Assembly (NCBI RefSeq): GCF_004010195.1
Contig: NC_057715.1
Location: 4,609,624 to 4,673,623 of the forward strand
DNA length: 64,000 nucleotides
Direction: 5' to 3'
Source: Chiloscyllium plagiosum
Taxonomy: Eukaryota
Made by a program: the position numbers and the translations under genes. Under the pieces are notes generated by a model that had not been told where the DNA came from, ran no database searches, and saw nothing but the letters and a program-made list of their open reading frames with translations. Below, one piece after another: positions 37,695 to 50,527 of this stretch. Positions within the stretch are counted from its first letter, which is position 1. Each line of letters begins with the position of its first letter.

Positions 37695-38025
37695 AGCATG
37701 GTGGTTCACTGGTTAGCACTGCTGTCTCACAGGGCTAGGGATCCAGGTTCAATTCCAGCCTTGGGCGACTGTCTGTGTGGAGTTTGCACGTTCTCCCCGT
37801 GTCTGTGTGGGTTTCTTCCAGGTGCTCTGGTTTTCTCCCACAATCTAAAGACATGCAGGTCAAGTGGTTTAGCCAGCGTGTCCAGGGATGTGTAAATTGG
37901 GTGGATTAGTCATGGGAAGTGCAGGGTTATTGGGGGGGGGGAGATGAGTCCAGGCGGGATACCCTTCAAAGAGTTGGTGTGGACTTGTTGGGCCGAATAC
38001 CCTGTTTCTACACTGTAGGGATTCC
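37695..38025 (+). mobile_element. HE1-like SINE
   Basis: Head, V-domain and tail. Confidence 0.9.
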
Positions 38026-38268
38026 ATAAACGTAAAGGTTTGTGATTTGCCTTAGATTGACAGACTGAACCTGCAACACAGCCCCGTGAAAGGCTACCTG
38101 TTTGGGCTTCCATCCTCATCCGAATCACAAATGTGCTGTAAAAATGAGCAATGACAGCCAACAAAGTCAGAGTGGGTGCAGCACAGCCTCGCGAGATACG
38201 TCACAGCAGAAGTTCCACTCAGGATGTGGAATAGATAGAGGAGATCCAGAGTCCACCCTCCTCAATGA

Positions 38269-39183
38269 CACCTCCTGCACATGAGTGAAATGCATTGCCT
38301 CTGCAGAATAAGGAAATTGGGGGATGCTATTATAGAGCAGTGTCACCTGCTGGAGCAGGGTCTGTGTTCTGAAGGGATGGGTAACCATTATATATCAGTG
38401 GTCATCAAAGTGATAGCTGTACGGATTTTTTATGGAACTGACTGCTTCCAAGGATTTACTTGGAACCTGAAAATCAACCTACCAATTTATTGACTCTATT
38501 ACTGATACAAATTTTCTCAGATCACTCTAATATCCCCATGACAAGGCCAGTGCTACAACCCAGCCAGTAGACTTTGCTGACTTCCTCTTGCTGTATGATG
38601 CTGCAGGTTTTACACACGAGATATCAAGAGGAACATATCATAACGTGGCTTCATTAATAGAAAAAGCTTCTATTCAATCAATCCACCTGTGATCGTCAAT
38701 GCCACACCTTAACCATCTGCACCAGGTACCCAGAAAGCTGCGAAGGTACCTATATCCTCAACAACACACAGGTTCCTGGTTCATTTCAAGGGTTGGTTAC
38801 CTTCTAAGGATGAGTGCTGAGAGACAGCACCCCAGCTGAGGTCAGGCGTAAGTACGATACAGTCTATTTTCAACCATTGTGAGCAGAAGATAGACTTCCT
38901 AGGGATGAGGTTTTGATGCTTGGATCTATTTTGGGGGAGGGAGGCATTGCACAACACTCCAGACAGTGTGTGCCACATAATCTTACGATGCTATGCCTTG
39001 TACAGGTTGGTCAGGCAGCAAGGAGATAATGAAGGATGCTGAAGAGCCGGGAGTGAGGCAGCAGCTGGTTGAGAAGGATGATGAGGAGACTGAGCAGGAA
39101 GAACACCACCTGATAGAGTGGTGCAGCCTAAGGTACAATGCACCAGACAAGATTTAAATCAAACCCACTTCCAACGGATGTGA
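38269..39183 (+). mobile_element. PIF/Harbinger (HARBI1-like) DDE transposase, decayed
   Basis: Collinear motifs across frameshifts: ISVVIKVIAVRIFYGTDCFQ, GFINRKSFYSIN, TRYPESCEGTYILNNTQVP, MRF*CLD, TPDSVCHIILRCYALY, then an acidic tail. Confidence 0.85.
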
Positions 39184-39399
39184 GTTGAGTTAAGAGATCA
39201 TTGACTGAAATTTGTTGCTGCTCCAGCCCCAGTTTAGTCCCAGAAGCAAATGTTTTCTTGTTGTTTATTTTTCTTTGCCTTTTCTGTTTAATTAAAGTTA
39301 ATATAACGACTATTTGAAAATTTCACAATATGCCTTGCTCCCACATTCAATAATGACGAGATGTTATGCCAATCTTGGCAGAAGAGAGAGAGAGTAATG

Positions 39400-39980
39400 G
39401 TGTTCAGGATAGGAAGCCTCTGTACCTTCATGTTGCAGCTGTCCAAAACTTCAGACTGGCCACATTCGGAGTGCAGTTCTGGTTGCCGCAATATAGGCAG
39501 GATTTGGAGAGGGTACAAAAGAAATTACCAGGGAGTTGCCTTTTTTTTGAGTGTGTTTGCTTAAGGAGAGGTTGGGCAAACTTGGATTGTTTCCATTAGA
39601 AATCTGAAGCTGAGGGGCAGATCTAATGAAGACATATAAAATTATGAGAGACATGGTTAAGGTGGATATTCGGACTTTCTTTCCAGGGGTGGGGTGGGGG
39701 GAATATCAAATAGTGGGGGCAGTATTTTAAGGTGGGAGGGAGAAAGTTTAAAGGAGATGTGTGAGGCAAGTTGTTGATACAGAGGATGGTACGTGCCAGG
39801 GGAGGTGATAGGAGCAGATACGTCAGTAATGTTTAAGAGGCATTTAGACAGACACATGAACAGGCAGGGAACAGAGAGGATACAGGCCATATGCAGATGG
39901 GATGAGTTTAGAATGGCATCATGGCCAGCAGAGAGTTGCTGGTGTGAAGGGCCTATTTCAGCGCTGTACAGTTCTACAAT
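39400..39980 (+). mobile_element. CR1 3' fragment
   Basis: VQFWLPQYRQDLERVQKK; FKRHLDRHMNRQG. Confidence 0.88.
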
Positions 39981-40998
39981 CCATGTTCATTCTTGTCGCT
40001 AAATCAGCATTTGCATTGATCAGACAGGTGCTGAAGTAAAACACACATATATTTATGAATTGTAAATTGAACATAACCCATGCCAATGAGGTGACTTCTT
40101 TTTCTTTGTAAGAGTTATCCAATCTGAACTCATTCCTTGGCTCTTTCTCGATCATCCTGGGAATATATCCTCTTCAAGTATTTATCCAATCGCCTTTCAA
40201 TGTCACAAATGAATCTGTTTCTATAACAGTTTCAGGCAGTGTGTTCCAAAACATAACTGCATCGCTGTGTAAAAGTCAGTTTCCTCATGGGCAACATTTA
40301 ATAGATGATGGGGGTTTCCCACTCCACACTGGAAAATGTCAGCAGGGACCTCCCCTTTGTCTGGCTGACTGCCCTGCATCCAGCTAGCGCTCTGAAAAGT
40401 ATTAATTAGCCTAAGGCAGCCCTTCCAGGAAGGAATTCCTTTCTCTAAGAGCCACCATCCATCTGATTGATCTGTAGCTCTCTAGTCTCAGCAGAACCAC
40501 ACAGAGCAGAAGTAAAGTCAAGCCAGTAGCTGAACATAATGTAACCGTGGGGGTTTTGTATTACATTAAGACAGGAGGTTCTGGGGTTGTAAAGGGTAGG
40601 GAGGAGAATGGCACCCAAAGGGTGTGGGAAATGTGATGTGAAGGGTGGGGCCTTTGAAGAGTTTACTCTGCCAGGCCGCCTCACTTCCCATCTCAGACCT
40701 TCTCCTACTGGAAATAAAATTTCAGCCAGAGCAGGAGGTCAACCTTGAGTGACCATTAAGTGACCAGTTGAGGACCTTGCATGAGGTGAGGGCTACCACA
40801 TGCCTCTCATGCATGTCCATTACTCTTTGACAAAACTGGATGTGGAGAAATAGGTGCAGGGGACATCACATCTGGCAAATCCCATGTGAAAACCATAGAA
40901 TCGTACAATTCTAAGCTGTGTCACCTCATACTCTGTGTCTTCTAGTTATCGACATTTCTGCTCCTGGAAGCAATTTCTCCTTGCACTCTTTTATATGC

Positions 40999-41216
40999 GG
41001 AGAAAGTGAGGTCTGCAGATGCTGGAGATCAGAGCTGGAAATGTGTTGCTGGAAAAGCGCAGCAGGTCAGGCAGCATCCAGGGAACAGGAGAATCGACGT
41101 TTCGGGCATAAGCCCTTCTTCAGGATTCCTGAAGAAGGGCTTATGCCCGAAACGTCGATTCTCCTGTTCCCTGGATGCTGCCTGACCTGCTGCGCTTTTC
41201 CAGCAACACATTTCCA
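40999..41216. mobile_element. Young PLE-derived fold-back mini-element: perfect 90-bp inverted arms, 37-nt tail, 14-bp TSD
   Basis: 41036-41125 is the exact reverse complement of 41127-41216. TSD actcttttatatgc at 40985-40998 and 41217-41230. Confidence 0.96.
41129..41156 (+). ncRNA. Minimal hammerhead ribozyme core (mirror copy on the minus strand at 41096-41123)
   Basis: CTGAAGA-a-GGGC-ttat-GCCC-GAAA-CG-TC gives a CUGANGA box, stem II, GAAA box, palindromic ACGT stem III and GUC cleavage triplet. Activity not shown. Confidence 0.75.
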
Positions 41217-42371
41217 ACTCTTTTATATGCATAAATGCACCTAGGTCTCTCAATTCTGACACCTCCTTTCCTACATTAAATATCATCTTTCATGTGTCTA
41301 TCAAATTCACCAGTCTCCTTGGACACTGTTACTCTCCTCTTTGCTGCTCAATACATTTCTAATTTCCTGTCACCTGGGAGCTTTCAATTTATCCCCTTTA
41401 CAGCAAAGCCCAGAGCTTTAATTTTATGAACAAATCAGTTTGCAATACTTTATTAGCTGTCCTTTGAAAGTTCGGATACACAGCAACTGCACAAGCCTCA
41501 TCAACCCTGTCGTTCAGTTCAGTAAAAGACTCACGCAACTTGGTCAAATACCGTTGAATTTGACAAATCTATGCTGACTTAGGTTTATTAGCACAAATGA
41601 AAGTTAATTTTGTCCTGGATTACTTTCTATTAAAGTTCTATCATTGATGTTTAGACAACTTGCCTGAAGTTTTTATCCCTTTACCCATTTTTAAACAGGT
41701 TGTAACCATTTGCAATATTCCAGTCTTCACCGTCTCTATCTCCATCTCCCTCAGGAAACCCTGTGTGCATCTCTGCAGGATCATACTTTATTTAAGGATT
41801 TCCAACTTTAAGTAATTTTTCTGTATCTATTTTTATGCTTTCTAATATCATTACTATTTCATCCTATACCGCTACAACAGGCATAACCTCCGGTCTCGAA
41901 AAGACACATAGCAAGTACTCATTAAACACCTGTCATAGGCACTGCTGCTTCAAGAATATCTCATTTTTAATCTCTAATTGGCTACACACGTCCATTGAAT
42001 ATCTAGTTATGATAAGACTTTTTAGATCCCCATTACGTTGATTATTAACTTATTTTCACATTCTCAATCTGCTCCTTTTTCTCAATTCCTCCCTCCCCCA
42101 TTGACGTTTTTAGATCTTCTCTGTGCTTTCAATACTCAATGTGTTCTTCTATCATATAATGAATTTTACATTTACTATAGAACTCCTTTGTCCGTATCTT
42201 TTTAATCTCTCTCGGCACAAATTTAATCTCAGTGGAGAAGAACATCCCACTCTGTTTGGATTGAAAAGCAATCAGGCACAAATGTCTCTTCTTGTTTGTA
42301 TGAGTTATTTTACCACTACCATGAGGCGCACACAGACTGTTGGCACATACCTTGAGCTCATTTCATTAAAG

Positions 42372-42515
42372 GAGGAGAAAGTGAGGACTGCAGATGCTGG
42401 AGTACCAGAGTTGAAAAATGTGATGCTGGAAAAACACAGCAGGTCAGGCAGCATCCGAGGAGCAGGAGAACCAACGTTTCGGGCATGAGCCCTTCTTCAG
42501 GATCACATTTTTCAA
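42372..42515 (-). mobile_element. PLE mini-element with 15-bp TSD and short fold-back
   Basis: TSD ctcatttcattaaag at 42357-42371 and 42516-42530. Hammerhead core on the minus strand at 42473-42500. Confidence 0.92.
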
Positions 42516-42899
42516 CTCATTTCATTAAAGTCCATGCGCTACACATCGCTGTGTTGTACACTTCGAGCATGGTGTCAAAGATACACTAAGATGAATGTTG
42601 AAGAGCTAGAAGAAAGCACGGTCACTGACATGGAAACACAGGTCCATGGAGAGCTGTGAGCCACCAGTGGAAAAGAAATGAAGATCAGCAAAGCAAACCA
42701 CAGGTAAAACACTGCTCAATATAGAATGGTTACAGCATTCCACATTCCAGCTCCTGTTTAAATTACTGGGGATGTGAGACGAAATTGAGAAATCTCCTCT
42801 GCACAATGGCAGGATTATGCAATCTGGATTGGTTGAGCAAACTAGAACAAGTACAAGTCACTACAGTTTTATATCACTTTTTGGCAAGAGATTGTTTCA

Positions 42900-45480
42900 G
42901 ACAAAGAATAGTAGAGGACAAGAGTGGGCCCTTTGGCCCACCAAGATCGTGTCAATAAGATGCCTTTCTAAACTAAAGACCTTTTGCCTCTAGAATGTCC
43001 ATATCACTCTATTCCCTGTCTGTTCATAGATCTGTCAATATGGCTTATAAATATTACTATAATATCCAACTCCAGTGTGTCCTCTAGCAGCAGATTCCAG
43101 GCAATTAGTACTGTTTGTGTAAAAGACCTGTCTCTCACATCTCCTTTAAACTTACCCCCTTTTACTTTAAACCAATGTCGACTAATAATTGACATTTCTA
43201 CGCTGGGAAAGACTCCAATTATCCATTCTATCCATGCCTCTCCTAATTTTGGAAATTTCAATTGAAAAAGAAACATGTTTGTTGAATCTCTCCTCATAAC
43301 CAATACCCTCCAAACCAGTCAACATCCTGGTAAACTGCTTCTGTACCCTCTCCAAAGCTTCCACTTTCTTCTGACAGTGTGGTTATTGTTCCAAATGTGG
43401 CCTAACTAAAATTCTATGCAGTTGCAACATGACTTGCCGATTTTTATATTCCATGCCCCACCCAATGAAGGCAAGCATGCCATATTCCTTCTTAATCATC
43501 TCATCCACTTGTGTTGCCACTTATAGAGAACTGTAGACCAGTACACCTAGATCCCTTTGTATGAGATCTTCTCCTACATTAGATCTTCTAAAATGCATCA
43601 CCTCACATTTGTCTGGGTTAAACTCCATCTGCCATTTCTCTACCAAAGTCTCCTGCATATATCCTGCTATATCCTCCAGCAGTCTACCTCACTATCCACT
43701 GTTCCTCCAATACTTGTATTGTCCGCAAACTTACATTCTCTTCCAAATCATCTTCAGTCCGAAAAACCCTTCCACCGTCTTCTATGGCTAAGCCAGTTCT
43801 GTATCCATCTTACCAACTCACTGTGGGTCCCATGTGAATTTCATCCTCTGTATCAGCCCACTATGAAGGATCTTGTCAAAGGCCTTGCTAAAGTCCATGT
43901 CGACAACATCTACCACCCTGCCCTCATCAATAATCTTTGAGACTTCCTCAAAAAAGCTCAATGAAATTTGTGAGACACGACTTTCCCGGCACAAAACCAT
44001 ACTGTTATTGCTTATACTTGCATATTTTTCTAAACACGAGTGAAACTTATCAATAAGAATCTTTTCTAATCATTTCCCTACCTGTGACGGATGGCTCACT
44101 GGTGTGTAATTTCATGGATTATCCCCGCTGCCCTTCTTAAACAAATGAACTATGTTGCCAAGTCTCCAGTCCTCTGGGATATCTCCTGTGGCTAAAGAGA
44201 ATACAAAGATTTCCTACAAGGCCCCAGCAATTTCCCAGCCTGCCTTCCTCAGCATTCTGGGAGAGATCACAACAGGTCCTGCGGACATGTCTATCTTAAT
44301 GCTTTTTAAAACACTCAATATGTTTTTTTTTTAATTGAAATGCTCTAGAATACCAACATTCCCCTCTCTAGACTCACCATTCACCATATGTTTCTCCTTT
44401 CTAAATACTAACGCAAAGTATTCATTAAGGATCTCACCCACTTCCTTTGGCTCAATGCATGGATTTCCTCCCTTGTCCTTGAGTTGATTTATCCTTTCCC
44501 TAGCTACCCTCTTGCTCCTTATACATATAAAAACCGCTTTGGGATTTTCCTTAATCCTGTTTGCCAGAGACATTTCACAATCCCTTTTAGCCCTCTTAAT
44601 TCATTGTTTGAGTTCTTTCCTGCTATCCTTGTATTCTTTGAGGGCTCTGACTGTTTTCACTTTCAGAAACTTTTATTTTTGACAAAGCTTTCAATTTCTC
44701 ATGTCATCCATGTTTCCCAAATCTTGCCATCTTTGTCCTTCATTTTCATAGGAACATGCGGGTCCTCAACTATAATCAACTGACCTTTAAAAGATTCCCA
44801 CATGCCAGATGTGGGTTTACCCTGAAATAACCACCCCAAGTCTATATTCTCCAGCTCCTGCCTAATATTCTCTAATTAGCTATCTCCCAATTTAATACTT
44901 CCACTTCAGGACCGCTCTTAACCTTATCTATAAATAACGTGAAATTTACAGAGTTATGGTCACTGTTCCCGAAATGCTCCCCCACTGAAACTTTGATCAC
45001 ATGGCCAGACTCATTCCCAAAACTAGAACTAATATGGCCCCTTCCCTTGTTGGACAATGTATATATTGTTTCAACAAACCCCAGGACACACCTAACAAAC
45101 ATTCCCCCCCCATCCAAGCCCCTGGCACTAAGCAAGTCCCAATAAACATAGGAGAAGTTAAGATCACACAACACAACAATCCTGTCCATATCTCTGTTCT
45201 TCTATCACCCACTAGCTATTGGGAGGTCTATCGTACCACCCCATCAAGGTGATTGCACCCTTCCCATTCCTGAGCTGTACTTGTACGGCTCACTGGATGA
45301 CTCATCCAAAGTGTCCTCCCTTGGTACTGCTGTAGTAGTATCCCTAACCAGTAACACAACTCCCCCACCTCTTTTACATCCTTCTCTATATCACCTGAAA
45401 TGTGTAAGTCCCTCAATATTAAATTTCCAGTCGCATCCTTCTCTCAAGTATTTGTAATAGCTGCAACATCATAGTCACAT
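42900..45480 (-). mobile_element. CR1 LINE, most of ORF2, decayed
   Basis: Minus ORFs: IVVLCDLNF, EHFGNSDHNSV, RIKENPKAVF, VDVVDMDFSKAFDK, ALERVQKQFTRML. Confidence 0.95.
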
Positions 45481-45595
45481 GTATTAATCCATTTGTTCTT
45501 GACCCGTCACCCTGCCCATGCCCCTCATAATCTTATACACCTTGAATAGGTTGCCCTTTAACATTCTCTCTCCAAAGAAAACAACACAAATTTAT

Positions 45596-45737
45596 TCCTG
45601 AAGAATAAATTCCTGAAGAAGGGCTCATGCCCGAAACGTCAATTCTCCTGCTCCTTGGATATTGCCTGACCTGCTGTGCTTTTCCAGCAACATATTTTCC
45701 GCTCTGATCTCCAGCATCTGCAGTCCTCACTTTCTCC
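45596..45737 (+). mobile_element. PLE mini-element in a CR1 fragment; intact hammerhead core at 45613-45640
   Basis: TSD (c)acaaatttat on both sides; CTGAAGA-a-GGGC-tcat-GCCC-GAAA-CGTC. Confidence 0.9.
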
Positions 45738-45849
45738 ACAAATTTATGCAACCTCTCTTCATAGCAAAGACACGCCATCCCAAGCAATATTCTGGTGAAT
45801 CTCCTCTGCACCCCAATCAATGCAAAAAATAAAGTCACCATGTTTGAGC

Positions 45850-46050
45850 AAATCATAGGCTGTTCTCTCATTGGAGTGAGAGAGAATGATGAGAAAATGA
45901 CTGGTGTAGATTAACCTGAGGGTCATCGCAGCTCAGTCAAGGGGTGAGGTTGAGAAAGAGAGTCCATCATAGTGACCTGAGTTGGCGCAGGGATTCAAAC
46001 CATGCTCTGGTGTCACCCAGCAGAGCAAATTAGTGATGGCCATCCAACTC
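45850..46050 (-). mobile_element. tRNA-derived SINE of a further family (related copy at ~57870-58070 +)
   Basis: Shared gaccctcaggtt.a..caccag and gcagcct/acagcctatg segments; B-box-like ggtttgaatccc. Confidence 0.6.
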
Positions 46051-46079
46051 AACAGCCTGTTCCAGTTTCCAAATCAGAG

Positions 46080-47560
46080 AGTGGATTGGACAGAGTCAGA
46101 ATGGATTTATGAAAGGAAACTCATGTTGACAGCAATTGGTTGAGGATAGAACCAGTAGAGTTGTTAGAGCCATTGAATGTTATTTAATTGGACTTCCAGC
46201 TTCCAATGAAGTCCCACATGACAGATTAGCAGTTAACAATAAATGCAAGGGTTTGTGTGTAGTGTACTGATGTCAACAGAAAACTGTTGGGCTGACAGGT
46301 CACAAAGAGTAGGAATAAACTGGACATTATCTGAGTGGCAGGTACTGATTAGTCAGGCACCGCAGGGATCAGTGCTTGGAATATATGTTCACAATATGAA
46401 ATAATGATTTAGATAAGGGAATTAAATATAACATATCTGAGTTAGTATAAAGCACAAATCTAGTTGAGAGAGAGCTAGAAGATACTTCATTGCTGAGATG
46501 CTTCAGTGTGATTTGGGCAAGTTGAGTGAGTCGGTAAATACATGGCAGATGAAGTATAATGTGGATAAATATGAGGTTATCCACTCCAGTCACAAAAACA
46601 GGAAGGTAGATTATTATGTGAATGGTAATAAATTGGGAAAGGGAGAGGTGCAGTGAAACCTGGGTATCCTAGTACACCAGTTGCTGAAAATAAACATGTA
46701 GGTGCTGCAGGCACTGGGGAAGGCAAATAAACCAAAGAACAATGAAAATTCCAGCACAGAAACAGGCCCTTTGGCCCTCCAAGCCTGCGCAGATCCAGAT
46801 TCTCTATCTAAACCTGTCACCTATTTCCTCAGGATCTGTATCTCTCTGCTCCCTGCTCATTCATGTATCTGTCTAGAGATATCTTAAATAACACTATTGT
46901 TCCTGGCTCTACCACCTCCACTGGCAACACGTATGTTAGCCTTCACAAAACCAGGATTCAAGAATAGAAGCAGGGGTATCTTGCTGAAATTCTAAGGCCC
47001 CCTTTGGGACCACACCCGAAGTATTGTGTGGTGGTTTGGTCCCTTTCTCAGAAAAAGGAAGCTCTGGCGATGGAGAGAGTGCGACAAAGATTTACCAGGC
47101 TGTTTCCAGGAATGGCAAGACTGATGGTTGGAGGGAGACTGGATTGGTTAGGATGATAGCCACTGGAGTTTCAAAAAGTGAGAAGGAATTCTCAGAAACC
47201 CATAACATTCTAAGAGGACGAGACAAGGTAATGCAGGAAGGATGTTCCCAATGATTGAGCAGAACCAGAGGTCACAGTTTAAGGATGTGTGGTAGGCCAT
47301 TTAGAACTGAGATGAGCATAAATGTCTTCACCCAGACAGTGGTGAGTCGGTAGAATTCTCTGGCACAGGAAGTGGTTAACAGCAAAACAATTTATGTTTT
47401 CACGGGGTTAGATATAATTCTTATGGATAAAAGGATAAAAGGGTGGGGGAGAAAAAAGGGGCAGGGGACTGAGTTGGATGATGAGCCATGATCATATTGA
47501 ATGGTTGAGTAGGTTTGAATTGTCAAATGACCTACCCATGCTGCGATTTTCTACGTTTCT
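46080..47560 (+). mobile_element. Older CR1 RT-3' fragment, with a nested minus-strand CR1 tail at ~46730-46930
   Basis: PQGSVLG, WQMKYNVDKYEVIH and TRGHSLR motifs; 3'UTR similarity. Confidence 0.85.
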
Positions 47561-47569
47561 GTTTCATAT

Positions 47570-48240
47570 TATGGGAAACAGATTGATCAGAACCACCCAG
47601 AAATTCTGGCCACATTACCATACATCAAAAACATCTCAAAGATAATTACCAGACTACTCCGATCCCTTGGCATCATGGTGGTCCACAAACCTAACAAACA
47701 ACGGCTGATTAATCTAAAGGACCCTGTGCCAACAACCAGCAAAAATGAATGTCATTTACAAAATACCCTGCAAGGACTGTAACAAACACTACATTGGACA
47801 GGCAGGCAGAAAACTAGCCACCAGGATATATGAACATCAACTAGCCACCAACTAGCCATCAAGTAGCCACCAGGATGAACATCAACTAGCCATCAAGAGA
47901 CATGGGCCCACTATCACTAGTATCCTTACACACAGAGAAAGAAGGATACCACTTTGATTGGGACAACCCATCCATCTTAGGACAGGCTAAACAGAGACAT
48001 GCACAGGAATTCAAACATCAACTCCATCAATTAACACATTGGTTTGGACCCCATTTGCCAACCTTTTGAGAAAAAGAACCGGAAATGATATTACATTAAC
48101 AGACCAAGACACACAAATAGAAAGCAGGACAGAACACCAGCGCTTCACCTGAGGCTCATTGATGATGTTACCTAGCATGGTGACAAAACGTCTAATATCA
48201 CACCTAACAGCTCAGCAAGCAAACTAACAACTGGATCAAT
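47570..48240 (+). mobile_element. Penelope-like element 3' part (GIY-YIG endonuclease remnant plus pLTR)
   Basis: TLPYIKN..LKDPVP..NVIYKIPCKDCNKHYIGQAGRKLATRIYEHQLA; degenerate core ttgatgatgttacc..ggtgacaaaacgtc at ~48160-48192. Confidence 0.9.
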
Positions 48241-48299
48241 ACATAATGTTTTTAACTGATGTCACTGAAGTAGGCTAATTTAAGCAGTAGAAAGATGAG

Positions 48300-48900
48300 C
48301 AAATGAAAGATAAGATCTCTTATCATGACAGTGCAACTGGCAAAAGAGGAGAATCTGATTTATGGAGAAGTTATAAATGTGCAGAAACACTGATCTTGTA
48401 AATCAACAGCTCCAAAGCACACAGGAGAGGGCAAGTGAGTTTGTCAACAATGTAGGGAAAAAGATACACATATGATTGATAGAAACACTAAGCTCCAAGG
48501 ACAAGTGTTATGGAGGTCATCACTGGTGGAGGTTTCAATTGCAGGAACCTAAGCCATTTTGCAAGAAAGTCTTCAGCTAAGAAATACATCTATAAAGGCA
48601 ATAATGATGATTACGACAAAGATGTCGGACAAAAATCTGGATGAATCAAACAGGGCTACTTAAGAGATGTTGGGTGATGATTTGAATCATTTGATCTACA
48701 CCTTTCAGTAAGCTGGGATTCACAAATCTAAAGGAGAAAAAATATTTCTAACTATTATATTGATGAATGCAGAATGAGGACACAAGAGAACGTCAAGTGC
48801 CAGGTGATTATTGGTACTTCTCAGACCTTTGAGCTTTCAACACTTTGGTATTATTCCCAAAAGGATAAAGAATGTGTGAAGGTATGGAACACAAACTGGC
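48300..48900 (+). mobile_element. Very old Gypsy gag/protease remnant
   Basis: FNCRNLSHFARKS (degenerate CCHC knuckle) followed ~250 bp later by NVKCQVIIGTS (degenerate DTG protease site). Confidence 0.5.
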
Positions 48901-49199
48901 TGATGTGATGACCAACCTTTGGGGTAAATGCAGAACTCTTCCACAAGTTTAGATAACAGTCAACTACAGGAAGGAACTATCACCCGCATTCATTTTAAAA
49001 AAATGCCAGACTCTCAATTTGGACAATTGAGTTGACAGAAAAAACAATGAATTATTTATGCTTGGTCTCGCTGCAGCCCTCTCATGAGTGGTGACTTACC
49101 ACTTCCTCCTTTTAACTATGTACAGTGTTAATTTAGCAAATAGTTAAGCAAGTGATTATGGTTAATTGATTAATTGATAGGATAGAAATAACAGGGGCA

Positions 49200-49335
49200 C
49201 GCCTGATAAAGGGCTTATGCCTGAAATGTCGATTCTCCTGCTCCTTGGATATTGCCTGACCTGCTTTCTGACTCTGATCTCCAGCACCACACTTTCTGAC
49301 TCTGATCTCCAGCATCTGCAGTCCTCACTTTCCCC
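49200..49335 (+). mobile_element. PLE mini-element
   Basis: Begins at cctgataaagggcttatgcc and ends ctcactttcccc; flanks tagaaataa(c)agggg. Confidence 0.85.
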
Positions 49336-49464
49336 TAGAAATAAAGGGGAACAAAGTGACGGTTATTAAATGAAATAATATAAAAGGTGATTTGGTGACG
49401 TGGATATGAAAAAAGAAAAATAAAGGGGAAACAAATTCAGAAAAGAGATGACCTTACAGAGATT

Positions 49465-49825
49465 TAGAAAACCATGAGGGCTACAGATAAAGTGAGTGGC
49501 ATGTGTCTTTTTTCCCTAGGATGGGCAATTTCAAAACTAGGGGGCATATTTTTAACGTGAGAGGAAAGAGATTTAAAAAAGACATGAGGGGCAATTTTTT
49601 TACATGGGGGTGGTTCGTGTGTGGAATGAATTTCCTGAGGAAGTGGGTATGTGGGCACAATTACATCATTTAAAAGACATTTGAATATATACATGATTAG
49701 GAAAGGTTTGGAGGGATATGGGCCAGGAGCAGGTGGGTGGGGCGAGTTTAGTTTGGGATTAGATTCAGCATGGAGTAGTTGGACTGAAGGTTCTGTTTCC
49801 ATGTTGTATGACTCTGTGACTCTAA
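49465..49825 (+). mobile_element. CR1 3' fragment
   Basis: FKRHLNIYMIRKGLEGYG; tgactctg tail. Confidence 0.9.
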
Positions 49826-50527
49826 GATTGTTGGATGAGGGCAGGGGGTTGGTTTTGAATGCACGACCGCACCATAAAAACCATACTCAAAATACAGGAT
49901 TTGAGGAAGATGAGAGTTGACAAGAGGCATAAACCAGGAGCATACAAGTCTTTCCATGTTATTGGTAATTCCAAATTTCACAGCGTCAGTACAAGCAACT
50001 CTATAATGCTACAGGCTATCTCTCTGATAGAGTTCTGGAGATTCAGACATGTTAGTCTCTCATTGTCCATTGTCTTTTGTGTGAGAATGACAAATATCAA
50101 GATCGCCCCATACATTTGAGTGCTGTCCCTACTATTGTTAAAGGCATGTGGAAGAAAGAGAGGCTGTGTTCGAAGACAGGAACATCTATATGTGTGTTGA
50201 TAAGGAAGAATATCTGGATAATTTTATGACAACTGGGAGGAAATATTAAGCCCACGTACGCTCTGGAATGAGTTGAAATACTCCTCAATTTCAGAAACTC
50301 TGAATGTTTGATTCAGAAGCAGCCAGCATTTCCCACACAAATGGTTATCCAAGATATCTGGAGCATTCTGGAGTTTCCAGGGCACCTGGGAAACACCTAC
50401 ATCAAATGGAGAGGAGCTCTATTTCAAGTGAATAATGGGTTTCTTGCAAGTGTGTCAGACACTGAATGAAAAGAAATGTGTTCATTGTATCATTTGCCTT
50501 CTCTACATGATGTCATTTTACATAATA

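Noticed and set aside
40999-41216. MITE or pre-miRNA interpretation of the palindrome
   Set aside because: The arms are asymmetric, TSD length varies among copies, and the sequence is continuous with PLE endonuclease coding sequence at 2670-3515.
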